The position numbers were made by a program, and so were the translations under genes. A stretch of 64,000 nucleotides of DNA from Alistipes sp. (GTDB taxonomy: Bacteria > Bacteroidota > Bacteroidia > Bacteroidales > Rikenellaceae), in contig JAGBUS010000099.1 in the NCBI GenBank assembly GCA_017630735.1, forward strand, positions 19-64,018, read 5' to 3'. Position 1 is the stretch's first letter, and each line of letters begins with the position of its first letter. Below, piece by piece: positions 37,228 to 48,111 of this stretch. The notes under the pieces were generated by a model. The model made no database searches and had not been told where the DNA came from. It was given only the letters and a program-made list of their open reading frames with translations.

Positions 37228-39258
37228 CTACAACCAGCCGTTATCGTTAGCACCCTCACGCACCGTGATTGTCACAGTGTGGCTCTTGTCTGCAACGACA
37301 GTAAGCGTTGTCTGACCCACACTCTTTGCCATGACTGTCAGCGTGTTATCTTGCAAAGCGACCTCAGCAACGTTGCTATTTACCACAGTTGCACTCTTTG
37401 CATCTACGATGTTATACTCATCCAAATTGATAACCGTCGCAGTCTCAGGAGCAAGATATAAGTTTGGCAGACGCATATCACGACCTGCACCATCTATAGC
37501 CTTTAGCAATGCACCAGCATCCACCAAGCGACCCATCTTACCCTTATACTCCTCAAGATTCATCTTTATAGGCGTAGCACCTGCCGAGTTATGACGCATA
37601 TAGTAGAGCTTTTCGCCCACAAAATATGAATCTATATCGCGAGCCGACGAATACATCAGATTCTTGAACTCTTTCCATGTGAAGTGACGCTTCTGCTGCT
37701 TAGCGTATGCAAGACCAAGTGCGGCAACACCCGACACATGAGGACACGCCATAGATGTTCCCTCATAGTAGCCATATCCAGCAACGCCATTTACAACCAA
37801 TGTTGAGAATATAGCACCTTGCTGATTCAGCACGCCATTCTCATCATAAGTATCGTCTGCCTCGCCAGGAGTGCCATAATACTCAAGATCACCACCTGGG
37901 GCAGAGAGCAATACCTCCGAGCCATAGTTAGAGTATGACGCAGGTGTGTAGTCCGCAGCAATGGCAGCTACCGAAATACACTTGGAATATGCCGCAGGGA
38001 ACGACGATTGCGCAGCATACTCATTGCCCGAAGCAAATATTGCAAGACCTCCGTCGATGACACCATTTGGCGAGCCCGCGCAATTTATAAAGTAGTCAAG
38101 AGCCTCCTTCTCAAGTGGATACAAAGCTGCCCACTCCTCCTCGGTTGCAGGACCAGGAGTATATCCCATAATAAGATTCGACTTTGCCGAGTTGTAACCC
38201 CACGAGCACTGAAGAATAACAGCTCCGTTATCGGCAGCATACTTCATAGCACGTGCCTCCATAGCCAACGAACAAGAGTTCATACCATCGAAGAGCTGAA
38301 TAGTCATAATCTTAACACCCTTCTGACCCTTGCCACCACCTGCAATACCAGCAACGCCTACACCATTATCATTAACAGCTGCGATAGTACCTGCAACGTG
38401 TGTTCCATGACCTGTGCTACCATTCGATGTCCAAGATGTAATGCCACTATTACGCACAAAATTATAGCCGTAGCGATCATCCTTATAACCATTGCCATCA
38501 GCATCTACACCAGCATGCAACTCCTCAGCCTCATTCACCCAGATATTATCCATAAGGTCAGGGTGGCTCCACATAACCGCCTCATCCATAACCGCAACGA
38601 TAATATCCTCATCGCCTGTGCATAGCTCCCATGCCTCCTCGCATCCTGCATCAGCACCTGCCACAACACCTGCCCACTCCTGAGCAATCGGAGCTGTACC
38701 ATCGTTGATGTAGCACCACTGGCGATACATCTGAGGATCATTAAATGGCATCGCTGTAGCACGTGTAGACATCATATCCGCCTCTGCACAACTTATAAAG
38801 CGAGACTCAGCGTCTGCATTATATGAGCGATATATTCTACGATTGCACTGTATCTTATCAACCTCACCAAGCTTCGAAAGACGTTCCACAGCATCCGCAA
38901 TATCCTCATTATCATCAAAATGCACAATATACCATAGATGCAGACCATTATCACGTGTACGCTCCTCATGTCGGTTATCCACTGGGAATACTCGCTCAAA
39001 GCTATAAGCTCCAAGAATCTCCAGCACCTCATCCATAGATGGTATACCTGAGCGAGTGGCAACACCACAAGAACGAGTCATAGTCTCATCAAGTATACTC
39101 TCCATTTCAGGCTTGAACTTAATAATAACCTCACCCTCAAGGATATCCTCAGGTATAAGCACAGGCGTTGCAACCTCCTCGGATGGCATTACTACATTAT
39201 CATCATTAACACAAGCACATGCCATCAGTGCCATTACTATATATAAATACTTTCTCAT
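37228..39258 (-). CDS. S8 (subtilisin-family) serine protease lipoprotein
   Basis: VAVMD, GHGTHVAGTIA, FASGNE, GTSMACPHVSG; start revised to MRKYLY...CAC. Confidence 0.92.
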   Translation of the reverse strand: MRKYLYIVMALMACACVNDDNVVMPSEEVATPVLIPEDILEGEVIIKFKPEMESILDETMTRSCGVATRSGIPSMDEVLEILGAYSFERVFPVDNRHEERTRDNGLHLWYIVHFDDNEDIADAVERLSKLGEVDKIQCNRRIYRSYNADAESRFISCAEADMMSTRATAMPFNDPQMYRQWCYINDGTAPIAQEWAGVVAGADAGCEEAWELCTGDEDIIVAVMDEAVMWSHPDLMDNIWVNEAEELHAGVDADGNGYKDDRYGYNFVRNSGITSWTSNGSTGHGTHVAGTIAAVNDNGVGVAGIAGGGKGQKGVKIMTIQLFDGMNSCSLAMEARAMKYAADNGAVILQCSWGYNSAKSNLIMGYTPGPATEEEWAALYPLEKEALDYFINCAGSPNGVIDGGLAIFASGNEYAAQSSFPAAYSKCISVAAIAADYTPASYSNYGSEVLLSAPGGDLEYYGTPGEADDTYDENGVLNQQGAIFSTLVVNGVAGYGYYEGTSMACPHVSGVAALGLAYAKQQKRHFTWKEFKNLMYSSARDIDSYFVGEKLYYMRHNSAGATPIKMNLEEYKGKMGRLVDAGALLKAIDGAGRDMRLPNLYLAPETATVINLDEYNIVDAKSATVVNSNVAEVALQDNTLTVMAKSVGQTTLTVVADKSHTVTITVREGANDNGWL

Positions 39259-39265
39259 AGTCGAA

Positions 39266-40924
39266 TTACTCCATTTCGTCGTTAAACTCATATCGTGAAC
39301 GGTAGAGAGGATATGCCTCAAAATAATACTCATGCGATGTAGGGACATTATCGAAACCTACAACATTTCCTACACTATCGAAGCTCTTCTCCTGCTGAGG
39401 ATATACCAACACCTCTGCACCCCACTCCATAAGGTTAGGGTGATAGAGCAACCACTCTGGCAACTCACCAGTCATAAAGTTGAGGTTTATACGCAACGAA
39501 CGCACATTTGGCAACACACGTGGCAACTTATGCTCCACAGCCCAGTTAAGCGTATCGCCACGATTAACCATATCCTCGGCTGTATAGGCACGCACGCCAT
39601 CCTCACCATCCTTAAAGTCTGGCAATCTACCCTCGATATAGTTATACGATAGTGACAACTCCTCCAATGCCTCCCATTTTAGCAGACGTCGGATAGCATC
39701 ATCATCGTTCATATTGGCATATATACCAGCACCCTCAGTCATATTACGCAAGTCGCTAACCACGGCACAACGATTGCTCGACAGGTCGAGCGACTTGAGC
39801 TTAGGGAAGTTCTCTGGGCTAAGAACAACTGGAACACCTGAAAGATTATTAGAGTTTAGATCAAGGCTCTCAAGAGTATCTCCCAACTCAGCAAAATTAT
39901 TAGGTATCGACACAAGACCCATCGCTGCAATACGCAAATCCTTCAAATAGTTGAGTGTAGCAACCTCAGGGCATAGGTTTATACTCTTAAGCATTGTGTT
40001 TACATTACCATAAAGCGACAATGTCTCAAGATACTTAAGGTGCTTTAGCTCCACAGGAATATCATCCTCGGTATTGAAGTAACTTAGATCGAGATCACGA
40101 ACACGACCTACAGCCTCAGCACATGGCAAGGTGCTATCCGTTACTTTCCACAAGCGCAAGCACTCCCACTCGGTCATAGGCGCGGTAGTAGATATTGTAC
40201 CCTCCATCCAACACTCCATCTTGTTGAAGATAGTCACCACAGCCAATGAGTCACCCTGGCGGTTATCCTCAATTAGAGGACCTGCCTGCTGACGTATCCT
40301 TATCGTTGCAGGCTTATCCAATGTCTCGCCATTCTTAGGCACGAGAGTTAGAACGGTCTCACGACCCTCAGGATCGGAGTTCATTTTCCAGTCGATATGA
40401 AGACGAGTAGCTCGTGGTCGCGCGCCACAGTCAAGGTTTAGAGTATGATCAGCAACCGATATCCACTTTGCATCTGTCACAACATCAAACTCCACGTTTG
40501 ACTTGACATCTACCTCCACCCAGCGATCAGCACGCACTGCCGATGCCTCGATACTTATAAAATCAGTTGCTGCTGTGATACTATTAGCAAAACCCTCCTG
40601 GGTAACATCTATCTTTTGAAGAATCTGACCTTCAGACATAAAGCGCACCTCGGTATGACGCTCATCGCTGATAAGTGTAGAGTCCACCTTTACTATGCAA
40701 CGCACCTCACCACGACCATTCGCTGGCGATATCATCAACCATGGAACATCTGTTTGTGCTGTCCACTCCTTATCCGAGCGAATGGTGATACTATGCTCTC
40801 CACCCACAGCCTTAGACTGAATATCTGACTTATCGCTCTCGAAACCTTTGAACGTTTCAGTATTGTCGGTCTGACAACCACCCATAATAAGGGCAAGTAC
40901 AATCAATAAATATAACTTTCTCAT
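39266..40924 (-). CDS. BACON + leucine-rich-repeat lipoprotein
   Basis: Lipobox MGGC; BACON-like domains; DSLA..W cap; LxxLxLxxNxLxG repeats. Confidence 0.8.
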   Translation of the reverse strand: MRKLYLLIVLALIMGGCQTDNTETFKGFESDKSDIQSKAVGGEHSITIRSDKEWTAQTDVPWLMISPANGRGEVRCIVKVDSTLISDERHTEVRFMSEGQILQKIDVTQEGFANSITAATDFISIEASAVRADRWVEVDVKSNVEFDVVTDAKWISVADHTLNLDCGARPRATRLHIDWKMNSDPEGRETVLTLVPKNGETLDKPATIRIRQQAGPLIEDNRQGDSLAVVTIFNKMECWMEGTISTTAPMTEWECLRLWKVTDSTLPCAEAVGRVRDLDLSYFNTEDDIPVELKHLKYLETLSLYGNVNTMLKSINLCPEVATLNYLKDLRIAAMGLVSIPNNFAELGDTLESLDLNSNNLSGVPVVLSPENFPKLKSLDLSSNRCAVVSDLRNMTEGAGIYANMNDDDAIRRLLKWEALEELSLSYNYIEGRLPDFKDGEDGVRAYTAEDMVNRGDTLNWAVEHKLPRVLPNVRSLRINLNFMTGELPEWLLYHPNLMEWGAEVLVYPQQEKSFDSVGNVVGFDNVPTSHEYYFEAYPLYRSRYEFNDEME

Positions 40925-40926
40925 AA

Positions 40927-43539
40927 TTAGTCAAGGTTAAGAGCATCGCAACCACGAATATTCTGCGATGAGTCGTAAATTAATTCATAATATCCCTTCT
41001 CGATATATGGACATACATTAGAGAGATCAATTGAGATATTTGGGTTATCCTTAATCTCAAAAAGCAAGATATATGGAGAAATCGTGTCGTTAATCTCTCT
41101 AAGGTCGTTAGAGCCCATGTATAGCGCAGCCATCGTAGGATGCTTGCCAATACCTACGGGCCAGTCGCTAAAGGTGCGATTACCCTCATCATCGCGCTGC
41201 TGACGAATGCTTATGACCGTGAGACCGTCAATTTCGAGCAAGCTACGTGGGAACTCCGAAAGTGCATTGCTCGACAGGTCAATACCATAGAGGTATGGAA
41301 GATTCTCCTCCATGAAATCTGCCTTTGGCAACTCCTTAAGGCGGTTGAAGCTAAGGTCGATAGTCGAAAGCATTGTGCTATTGGCACCAATCAATGCACC
41401 CTCCTCTATGGTACGCATACCATTAGAGCTAAGCATCAGCACCTCAATAATAGATCCTGAGCCCATAATACGCTTAGGAAGTGTTGTAAAGCGGTTATCT
41501 GCAAGATTTAGCGTACCTGCATTTATACCTCGCCAAGCATCGCCATTCTCCAACTCCGAAATCTCATTTGACGAGAAATCGGCAGTAAGCATAGTGTAAA
41601 TAGAGCGTGCCGAGAACAAGTCTGGCAACTTTGTTAGGCAATTATTAGCACATGAGAAGGTCTCCATTTGCGACAAACCGCAGAAATATCCATCATCACC
41701 GAGGGTGATAGTGTGGATCTTATTATTGTCAAGGAGAATTGACGTAGGCGAAATCTCCTTACCAAATGAGTGTACCACCTCCAACTGATTAGATATACAA
41801 TCGAGGTATCCCATCTTCACCATACGCTTCAAATATTCATGCGATGGTGTCTCCTTAAGGTTGTTAAAGCTGAGGTACAGAATCTGTATCTCATCGCCTG
41901 ACTCACCATCAATAATAGCCTCCCAGTCACTCTTGAGCTGCTCGCCTGAAATGGAATAGTTCATAGCGACATTCAGAGACTGCATCTTAGGGAGCTTTGT
42001 AAGCATATCAAGAGGCAAACGCTCCAAGTCGCGACAATTGTAGATCTCGACATCCATCAAAAACTCGAAGTTACCCCAGCTCCACGACTCCTGCTCCTCG
42101 TAGTATGGCGAGGTCTCATCTACATCGATAAAGAAGTTATCAGCAGTAATAGGAGAGTTTGCAATAAAGAGCTGCTCAAGCTTTGTGAGGCGCATCAAAG
42201 CACGCGATATTCCAGAGATGCCATTTGTAAGATTACCAAACGCCACATCCTGTAGCTCAGCCTTATATAGAGCATCGCGCTCCTCGTCGGTCATCAGCGC
42301 ATACTGTAGCTCTGGCGATAGGTCCGCACGCACATCACGTCGTATAACACGCTCATGATAGTCCATAGCACTAATACGCGCCTTAGTATCACTATAGCCA
42401 CCAATAAGCTCATTATGATTACCAAAATATAGAGTCTGCAATTCAGTAAGCTGACCTATTGACTCAGGCACAACGCCCTTTGCGCCAAATCCTGAGATAT
42501 TGAGACCCACAACACGACCATTGCCACCAAGTGTAACACCAGGCTGATCACCCCAAAGATCAATATCCTTGTTGAAATCCCAATTCATGCCATCGTAATA
42601 CTCCTCGCCATAGAATGACCAATTAGGACCATCAAGAGCCATCCATATATCATACAAAGCCTCATAATCCTTGATACGCTCCGATGTTGTCGATAGGATG
42701 ATAGGCACCGTAACCATCGTTGTAAGGTTATCTTCAACAACGAACTCGGTCTTCATATCCTCAACCAAGGCTGTCTCCAGGCGATTTTTACCATTGGCGT
42801 CAGAGTATGTAGTATAGCTGGTGACAATATAATCTCCTGCTTCAAGCCAATACTCAGCAGAACATATCATATAGGCTGTCTGACCATTATACTGCCATAA
42901 CTCCTCGTCATACGAGCCCTCAACGAAAGTTTCGTAATAAACAGTAGGCATAGCCTTGAAGGTAGTTGTTCTGCTTGTAAACTTATTTTTCACAGTAACA
43001 TCCACCAACTTAATGCTATTAAATGGATAGTCGCCCTCGGCATCGTAACGTGTTGATAATGACTTTGTCAATGCAAAGTTCACAACACCGCGCTCAACAA
43101 CTGGCACACCAATCTTCTTAAGTTGCAAACCACCACTGACAACACAAAACTCACCAGCATTATCTCCTACAAGGAGCTGATTATCAAGATTATCGTAGAT
43201 ATAGTAGCCGATAACTGTATATGTACCTGTCATAAGACGTAGCTTCTCACTCTGAAGTCCCCACTCTGCTGACTGGGTATTATAACTTGACAGAGGTAGC
43301 GTCTGCTTGATTGTTGAGCCCTCCTTTTGCATTACGACAGTAATCTTATGCGCCTCAGACAACCACTCCAAAGCATCTACTGCACGACTTTTCTCCTGTA
43401 GCTGAGTCTCTTTAACAAGCTGGAACTGCACATAACCATACTCGGCATCAAGAGTATCGGTTGTTCTTTCACAACCTCCTAACACAAGTGCTATAGTACA
43501 GAACAGTGCTGCACATATAAGCGAATATTTCTTTATCAT
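40927..43539 (-). CDS. DUF4458-like + leucine-rich-repeat lipoprotein
   Basis: Lipobox LGGC; YGYVQF.L; IKDY.AL..IW.ALDG..W cap; many LxxLxLxxN repeats. Confidence 0.8.
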   Translation of the reverse strand: MIKKYSLICAALFCTIALVLGGCERTTDTLDAEYGYVQFQLVKETQLQEKSRAVDALEWLSEAHKITVVMQKEGSTIKQTLPLSSYNTQSAEWGLQSEKLRLMTGTYTVIGYYIYDNLDNQLLVGDNAGEFCVVSGGLQLKKIGVPVVERGVVNFALTKSLSTRYDAEGDYPFNSIKLVDVTVKNKFTSRTTTFKAMPTVYYETFVEGSYDEELWQYNGQTAYMICSAEYWLEAGDYIVTSYTTYSDANGKNRLETALVEDMKTEFVVEDNLTTMVTVPIILSTTSERIKDYEALYDIWMALDGPNWSFYGEEYYDGMNWDFNKDIDLWGDQPGVTLGGNGRVVGLNISGFGAKGVVPESIGQLTELQTLYFGNHNELIGGYSDTKARISAMDYHERVIRRDVRADLSPELQYALMTDEERDALYKAELQDVAFGNLTNGISGISRALMRLTKLEQLFIANSPITADNFFIDVDETSPYYEEQESWSWGNFEFLMDVEIYNCRDLERLPLDMLTKLPKMQSLNVAMNYSISGEQLKSDWEAIIDGESGDEIQILYLSFNNLKETPSHEYLKRMVKMGYLDCISNQLEVVHSFGKEISPTSILLDNNKIHTITLGDDGYFCGLSQMETFSCANNCLTKLPDLFSARSIYTMLTADFSSNEISELENGDAWRGINAGTLNLADNRFTTLPKRIMGSGSIIEVLMLSSNGMRTIEEGALIGANSTMLSTIDLSFNRLKELPKADFMEENLPYLYGIDLSSNALSEFPRSLLEIDGLTVISIRQQRDDEGNRTFSDWPVGIGKHPTMAALYMGSNDLREINDTISPYILLFEIKDNPNISIDLSNVCPYIEKGYYELIYDSSQNIRGCDALNLD

Positions 43540-43564
43540 AGGTTATATTGTATTCGTATATTTC

Positions 43565-45187
43565 TTAAATCGAAGGAGGCGTTACAACCAATATCTTCTT
43601 AGCTATATCATTAATCTTGAAGATAATCACCACATTATCTTCGTTCCATCCATCTTTAGGACCCCAAAGATGCACAGAGAGCTCCTCGTCTGTATTTTCA
43701 CCAACATAGAACTCACCCTCACTCATCTTAAGGTTTCTATCACCCATAACAACATCCAACGACACTACACCTGCCTCATAGCCAATGACGTCCCAACCAT
43801 CAATAAGTGGATTAACAATGATACCTGGAACCTTACCCTCCACAGGATTTACGAAATCGCAGATATAGATATCCTCCACGCCATACTTCTCTGTAAGTGA
43901 CGCATCTGTGTATGGATCGCAATATATCTCCAGAGAGGTTAAAGAGTGGTAGGCATACATGCCTTCACGCTGATTTGCCTTATTCAAATCGTACTGAACA
44001 AAATCTATAAGGATATACTCTGTATAGTCGCTCTTAATGCAAGGTAGCACAATACCCGACGATGTATCATCATCAAATATAATGCTTGCATCACTCTTAA
44101 AGTCGCGGTATACACTGCGTGGCAACGCCATAACAACACCATAACGAGGTCTATAACCGCCATGCTCATTAACACGCAATATACCATCCTCCTTATCAAA
44201 CTCTATCCAGCCACCAGCACTTCCCTCATCAAAGCACTCGAACGATAACATACCACGCTCTATATGCTGCTCCAAGAGTAGAATGGAATAGTCGTTATCC
44301 TGCGCAGTAATCTTATACTTAAGTTCATCCTCAAAGGTTGTCGTTGTGCCACTCACATCATCGTTATAACGGAATGTCTTACCATCAAGCGACACCTCCC
44401 AACCAAAATAGCTCTCAGTAGGAGCTACGAAGGTGAGTTTATCATCGCCCATGCCAAGGTATGTGATTGGATACTCGAAATTGACACTCCTATCCTTATC
44501 CATAAATGAGATAAGCATATTATCCTCAAGGGCAATTCTCTTCGCCTCTCGACTACCATCCTTCACTATGCGAAGCAAAACCTCAACACCCTCATTCGCA
44601 TCTCCTGCAATCGAGTTTGTCACCGAAACCTTACCATCAGCATCACGCTCTGCAACCTCAATCCACTCTGGAATATCCATCGCTGCATAGCGGAAGTTAG
44701 CCTTAATGGTAGTTGCTATATACTCGTCGTAACCAAGTGCGAGGGAGTTTGTCTCCTTTCCCTCAGCATCATATAGTTTGAGATACAACTCCTTTGCACC
44801 ACGCTCTACTTCGGCTACAACACTACTCTTTCCACCCATCCAAATTGTGATAGTAGCTTTCGTTGTATCATTCGAAAGATTGACATCCGTAATTCGTAGC
44901 GTTATAGTATGAGTTCCCGCTACGCCCGCTGTCTCCTGAAGATCGCCCGCAGGAGTTACAAACTGACACCACAACGCATCCGATGACAGTTTCCAAGCAG
45001 TATTAGCACTGAACGAGAATGATACTGTTTCACCTGCGTTACATGTGATATTCTGCTTTGCAGGAAACTTAATACCTCTAAGTCCCTGTTTATCACACGA
45101 TATGCCCAATATAGTCATAGCGACTACGACTACTGCATATAAACACTTTAAGTAATTATTTTTCATATTCTGCTTATGTTTCACCAT
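43565..45187 (-). CDS. BACON-like lipoprotein (DUF5003-like)
   Basis: Lipobox GISC; F.AN..W.LSS...WC; ANFR....PEW; TAATG coupling to the upstream gene. Confidence 0.6.
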   Translation of the reverse strand: MVKHKQNMKNNYLKCLYAVVVVAMTILGISCDKQGLRGIKFPAKQNITCNAGETVSFSFSANTAWKLSSDALWCQFVTPAGDLQETAGVAGTHTITLRITDVNLSNDTTKATITIWMGGKSSVVAEVERGAKELYLKLYDAEGKETNSLALGYDEYIATTIKANFRYAAMDIPEWIEVAERDADGKVSVTNSIAGDANEGVEVLLRIVKDGSREAKRIALEDNMLISFMDKDRSVNFEYPITYLGMGDDKLTFVAPTESYFGWEVSLDGKTFRYNDDVSGTTTTFEDELKYKITAQDNDYSILLLEQHIERGMLSFECFDEGSAGGWIEFDKEDGILRVNEHGGYRPRYGVVMALPRSVYRDFKSDASIIFDDDTSSGIVLPCIKSDYTEYILIDFVQYDLNKANQREGMYAYHSLTSLEIYCDPYTDASLTEKYGVEDIYICDFVNPVEGKVPGIIVNPLIDGWDVIGYEAGVVSLDVVMGDRNLKMSEGEFYVGENTDEELSVHLWGPKDGWNEDNVVIIFKINDIAKKILVVTPPSI

Positions 45188-46050
45188 TAAAAGCCCTCAC
45201 GCATAATACGCTCCGCCTCGTCATCAGATATCCACTCAAGGATATGACCGAAGTAACCTACCGTACCCACCTCCTCAACATACATCTCGGTGTATAACAA
45301 CAAGAAATTCTCACACGTGTTGTAATATGACAGATACTCTTCGGGAGCAGCTCCCATCATTAATTTACCATTGCCATAGATAGTACCAAAAGCCTCACCC
45401 GTTGTACCCAACACCTGCGCGCCACATAGCGTAGCATAAGGATTTAGACGATCCTCGCTGTGTAGCTTCACACGGATATCGTAATCCTCATAAAACATAT
45501 TCTCAATCACCACAACATTCTCATCAGTATCGACGTGAGTATGCACCAAGTGAGAATCCTGGTTCATATACTGCATAGACCATGTTGAAGTAACTACAGC
45601 ATAACCAGCGAAGTTATTAATATCAAACTCGCAGCAACGTTGCAATGTTACGTATGTGGTATTCACAGATTTGTCACCCATAATGAGATTTAGCTTAACA
45701 ATCATAGGCTCATTAGGTGTTATCGCCTCGACAATACCCCTTATGCGCACGTATGAAGAACGTTCCCCCTCTTTGATGGTCACTGTGTGAGACTCCATCT
45801 CGAAGTGCATATCCTCAATAGCACTACTCTCGGCAGCCACAACCTCAACGCCCATATTCTGATTATGCGCCATAGCGGATGTTGCCACAATAGGAACCTC
45901 AAACCACTCCTCATCGTTCACAACACCGAATATGTAGCTACTTTGTGCGAAAACGACCTTATTGTTTTCGTTGTTGTATGTAGGTTTTTCGCTTTTACAC
46001 CCACAGAAAAGGAGCAATATCGCAAAAAACGCAAAATGTTTTATATTCAT
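45187..46050 (-). CDS. Lipoprotein (DUF4984-like)
   Basis: Start revised to MNIKHF...FCGC because TATATTTG lies at 46100-46107; S.AIE..HF; C.FDIN.F.G; EWISD.EA. Confidence 0.6.
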   Translation of the reverse strand: MNIKHFAFFAILLLFCGCKSEKPTYNNENNKVVFAQSSYIFGVVNDEEWFEVPIVATSAMAHNQNMGVEVVAAESSAIEDMHFEMESHTVTIKEGERSSYVRIRGIVEAITPNEPMIVKLNLIMGDKSVNTTYVTLQRCCEFDINNFAGYAVVTSTWSMQYMNQDSHLVHTHVDTDENVVVIENMFYEDYDIRVKLHSEDRLNPYATLCGAQVLGTTGEAFGTIYGNGKLMMGAAPEEYLSYYNTCENFLLLYTEMYVEEVGTVGYFGHILEWISDDEAERIMREGF

Positions 46051-46315
46051 AAATCTCATATAAAAATGAATAATTTTGTTTCGAAATATCATTATCATGC
46101 AAATATATGTAAAAATATCTAAATCTGCAACAAATAATTGTGCGCGCGTGATAAATAGCGGAATATGGTTATATTTTCTGTGCGTTTGGTACTACATGAC
46201 CGCAACTAATACTTAGAAAAAGTCAAAATTTACTACTACATGATTTTTAGGTATTTATACTAACATTTGTCGGGGGCAAAATAGATACCTTTGCCGAGGT
46301 AAAAATGTTAGGCGT

Positions 46316-47011
46316 ATGGGTAAATATTTCGATATGCTCTCCGAAGATATACGTCTCATGGAGGGGCTAAAAGCTTGTATGAATTGTGGTGTATGCACTG
46401 CCGTATGCCCTGCTGCAGAGTTTTACAATTACGACCCACGACAGATTGTCGCAATAGTGCAATCGCGTGAAGATGAGGAGATTGAGCAACTCCTCAAGAG
46501 TGATACTATATGGTACTGCGGAGAGTGCATGTCGTGTCGACCACGCTGTCCTAGAGGGAACACCCCAGGCTACGTCATTCAAGCACTGCGCACCCTATCG
46601 CAAAAATTGGGATTCTTCGTGGAGAGTGAAAAAGGACGTCAGCAACTGGCTCTAAAACGTCTTATTGGCGACAATATATTAGCCACGGGATACTGCCTCA
46701 CTCCCCGTAACATACACCCCGACTTACACCCCGAACAGGGCACCGTCTGGGAATGGATATACCAGAACGATAATGACATCTTCGGACGCTTCTCAGATTG
46801 TTATAGCAAAGAGGGAGCTGGTGCATTGCGACGCATAGACGACGAATCGATGGCGGAGATACATCGCATCTTTGAAGTATCGGGAGGTAAGAGTTTTTAT
46901 GACACCATAGAGCTTCACTCCGAACGTAAAGCCCGCGAGATGGGCTATGATGGAGCAACAGAGGAGTATATGATGGAAACATACACCTACAATTCTGAAA
47001 ATCACTATTAG
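46316..47011 (+). CDS. hdrC: Heterodisulfide reductase subunit C-like (2x[4Fe-4S])
   Basis: CMNCGVCTAVCP and IWYCGECMSCRPRCPRG; TACCTTTG at 46286-46293. Confidence 0.85.
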   Translation: MGKYFDMLSEDIRLMEGLKACMNCGVCTAVCPAAEFYNYDPRQIVAIVQSREDEEIEQLLKSDTIWYCGECMSCRPRCPRGNTPGYVIQALRTLSQKLGFFVESEKGRQQLALKRLIGDNILATGYCLTPRNIHPDLHPEQGTVWEWIYQNDNDIFGRFSDCYSKEGAGALRRIDDESMAEIHRIFEVSGGKSFYDTIELHSERKAREMGYDGATEEYMMETYTYNSENHY

Positions 47012-47021
47012 TAAGGCGGTT

Positions 47022-48107
47022 ATGAAGAGAACATCATGGCAAGAATATCAGAAGGATATTGCTGCTGACAAATACTATTACGCACGCAGTTGCATACGCC
47101 AAAACTTCTTTCCAGGGAGCGAGAAGGCATTTCTCGATATTCTTTCGAAGGATTTAGGCGTAGATATTTTTGATGATCCACTACATACATCATGCACCGG
47201 TATCGGCTACCACTCCGACGTAGTACCTTTAGAGACTATCATGACCGTCGTTGCCCGACAATTTGCCCTTATGGCAGAGGCGGGATATGAGAATTTTGTA
47301 TCGTCATGTATAACATCCTTTGGAATTTATAATGAGATACTTAACACATGGGAGGAGTTTCCAGAAACCGAGGAGCGAACACGTAAATATCTTAAGGAGG
47401 CAACGGGTCGAGAACTGGTTAAGCCTCGCACCATAGCACACACCTCGGACATCATGTTTTACCATCGTCACGAGATAGCACGCCGCGCAAAGCACCGACT
47501 TATAAACGCACTCACAGGCGAGCCACTGCGCGTAGTGGAGCATATCGGTTGCCACTACGCCAAGATATTTCCAAAATCGGGCATTGGAGGCTCGGAGTTT
47601 CCATACGTGCTTGCTGGCATGATTGAGTCTTGGGGTGGTAATGTTGTGGATTACCCTGAGCGTCGTCACTGCTGTGGCTTTGGCTTCCGCAACTACCTCG
47701 TTCAAGCAAATCGAGGCTCTTCAATAGCCAATTCGCATAAAAAGTTGGAGAGCATGTCGCCATATAAACCAGATTTCATCGTTGCAAACTGCCCAGGATG
47801 TACGATGTTTCTCGACAAATGGCAATATGCTATAGCTGAGATGGATGGCACAACATACGGAGCCGATGGCAAAGGCATCCCCGTACTAACATACGAGGAG
47901 ATGGCAGGCTTAGTATTAGGTTATGACCCGTGGGAGTTAGGCATGCAATTCCATCAAGTTGATGTTGAGCCCTTGCTTAACAAAATGGGCATAGAGTATG
48001 AGCCTGAAGCCAAATATCTTGGCAAGGGAGGCAAATATATCGGACGACCTGCACCTGCGGCAGTAAACTGCGAGGAGGCACGTCACATTTATGAGATAAG
48101 AAGATAG
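47022..48107 (+). CDS. hdrB: Heterodisulfide reductase subunit B-like (CCG domains)
   Basis: TSCTG..YH, SCITSFG, HIGCHY, CCGFG, CPGC. Confidence 0.85.
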   Translation: MKRTSWQEYQKDIAADKYYYARSCIRQNFFPGSEKAFLDILSKDLGVDIFDDPLHTSCTGIGYHSDVVPLETIMTVVARQFALMAEAGYENFVSSCITSFGIYNEILNTWEEFPETEERTRKYLKEATGRELVKPRTIAHTSDIMFYHRHEIARRAKHRLINALTGEPLRVVEHIGCHYAKIFPKSGIGGSEFPYVLAGMIESWGGNVVDYPERRHCCGFGFRNYLVQANRGSSIANSHKKLESMSPYKPDFIVANCPGCTMFLDKWQYAIAEMDGTTYGADGKGIPVLTYEEMAGLVLGYDPWELGMQFHQVDVEPLLNKMGIEYEPEAKYLGKGGKYIGRPAPAAVNCEEARHIYEIRR

Positions 48108-48111
48108 TATT

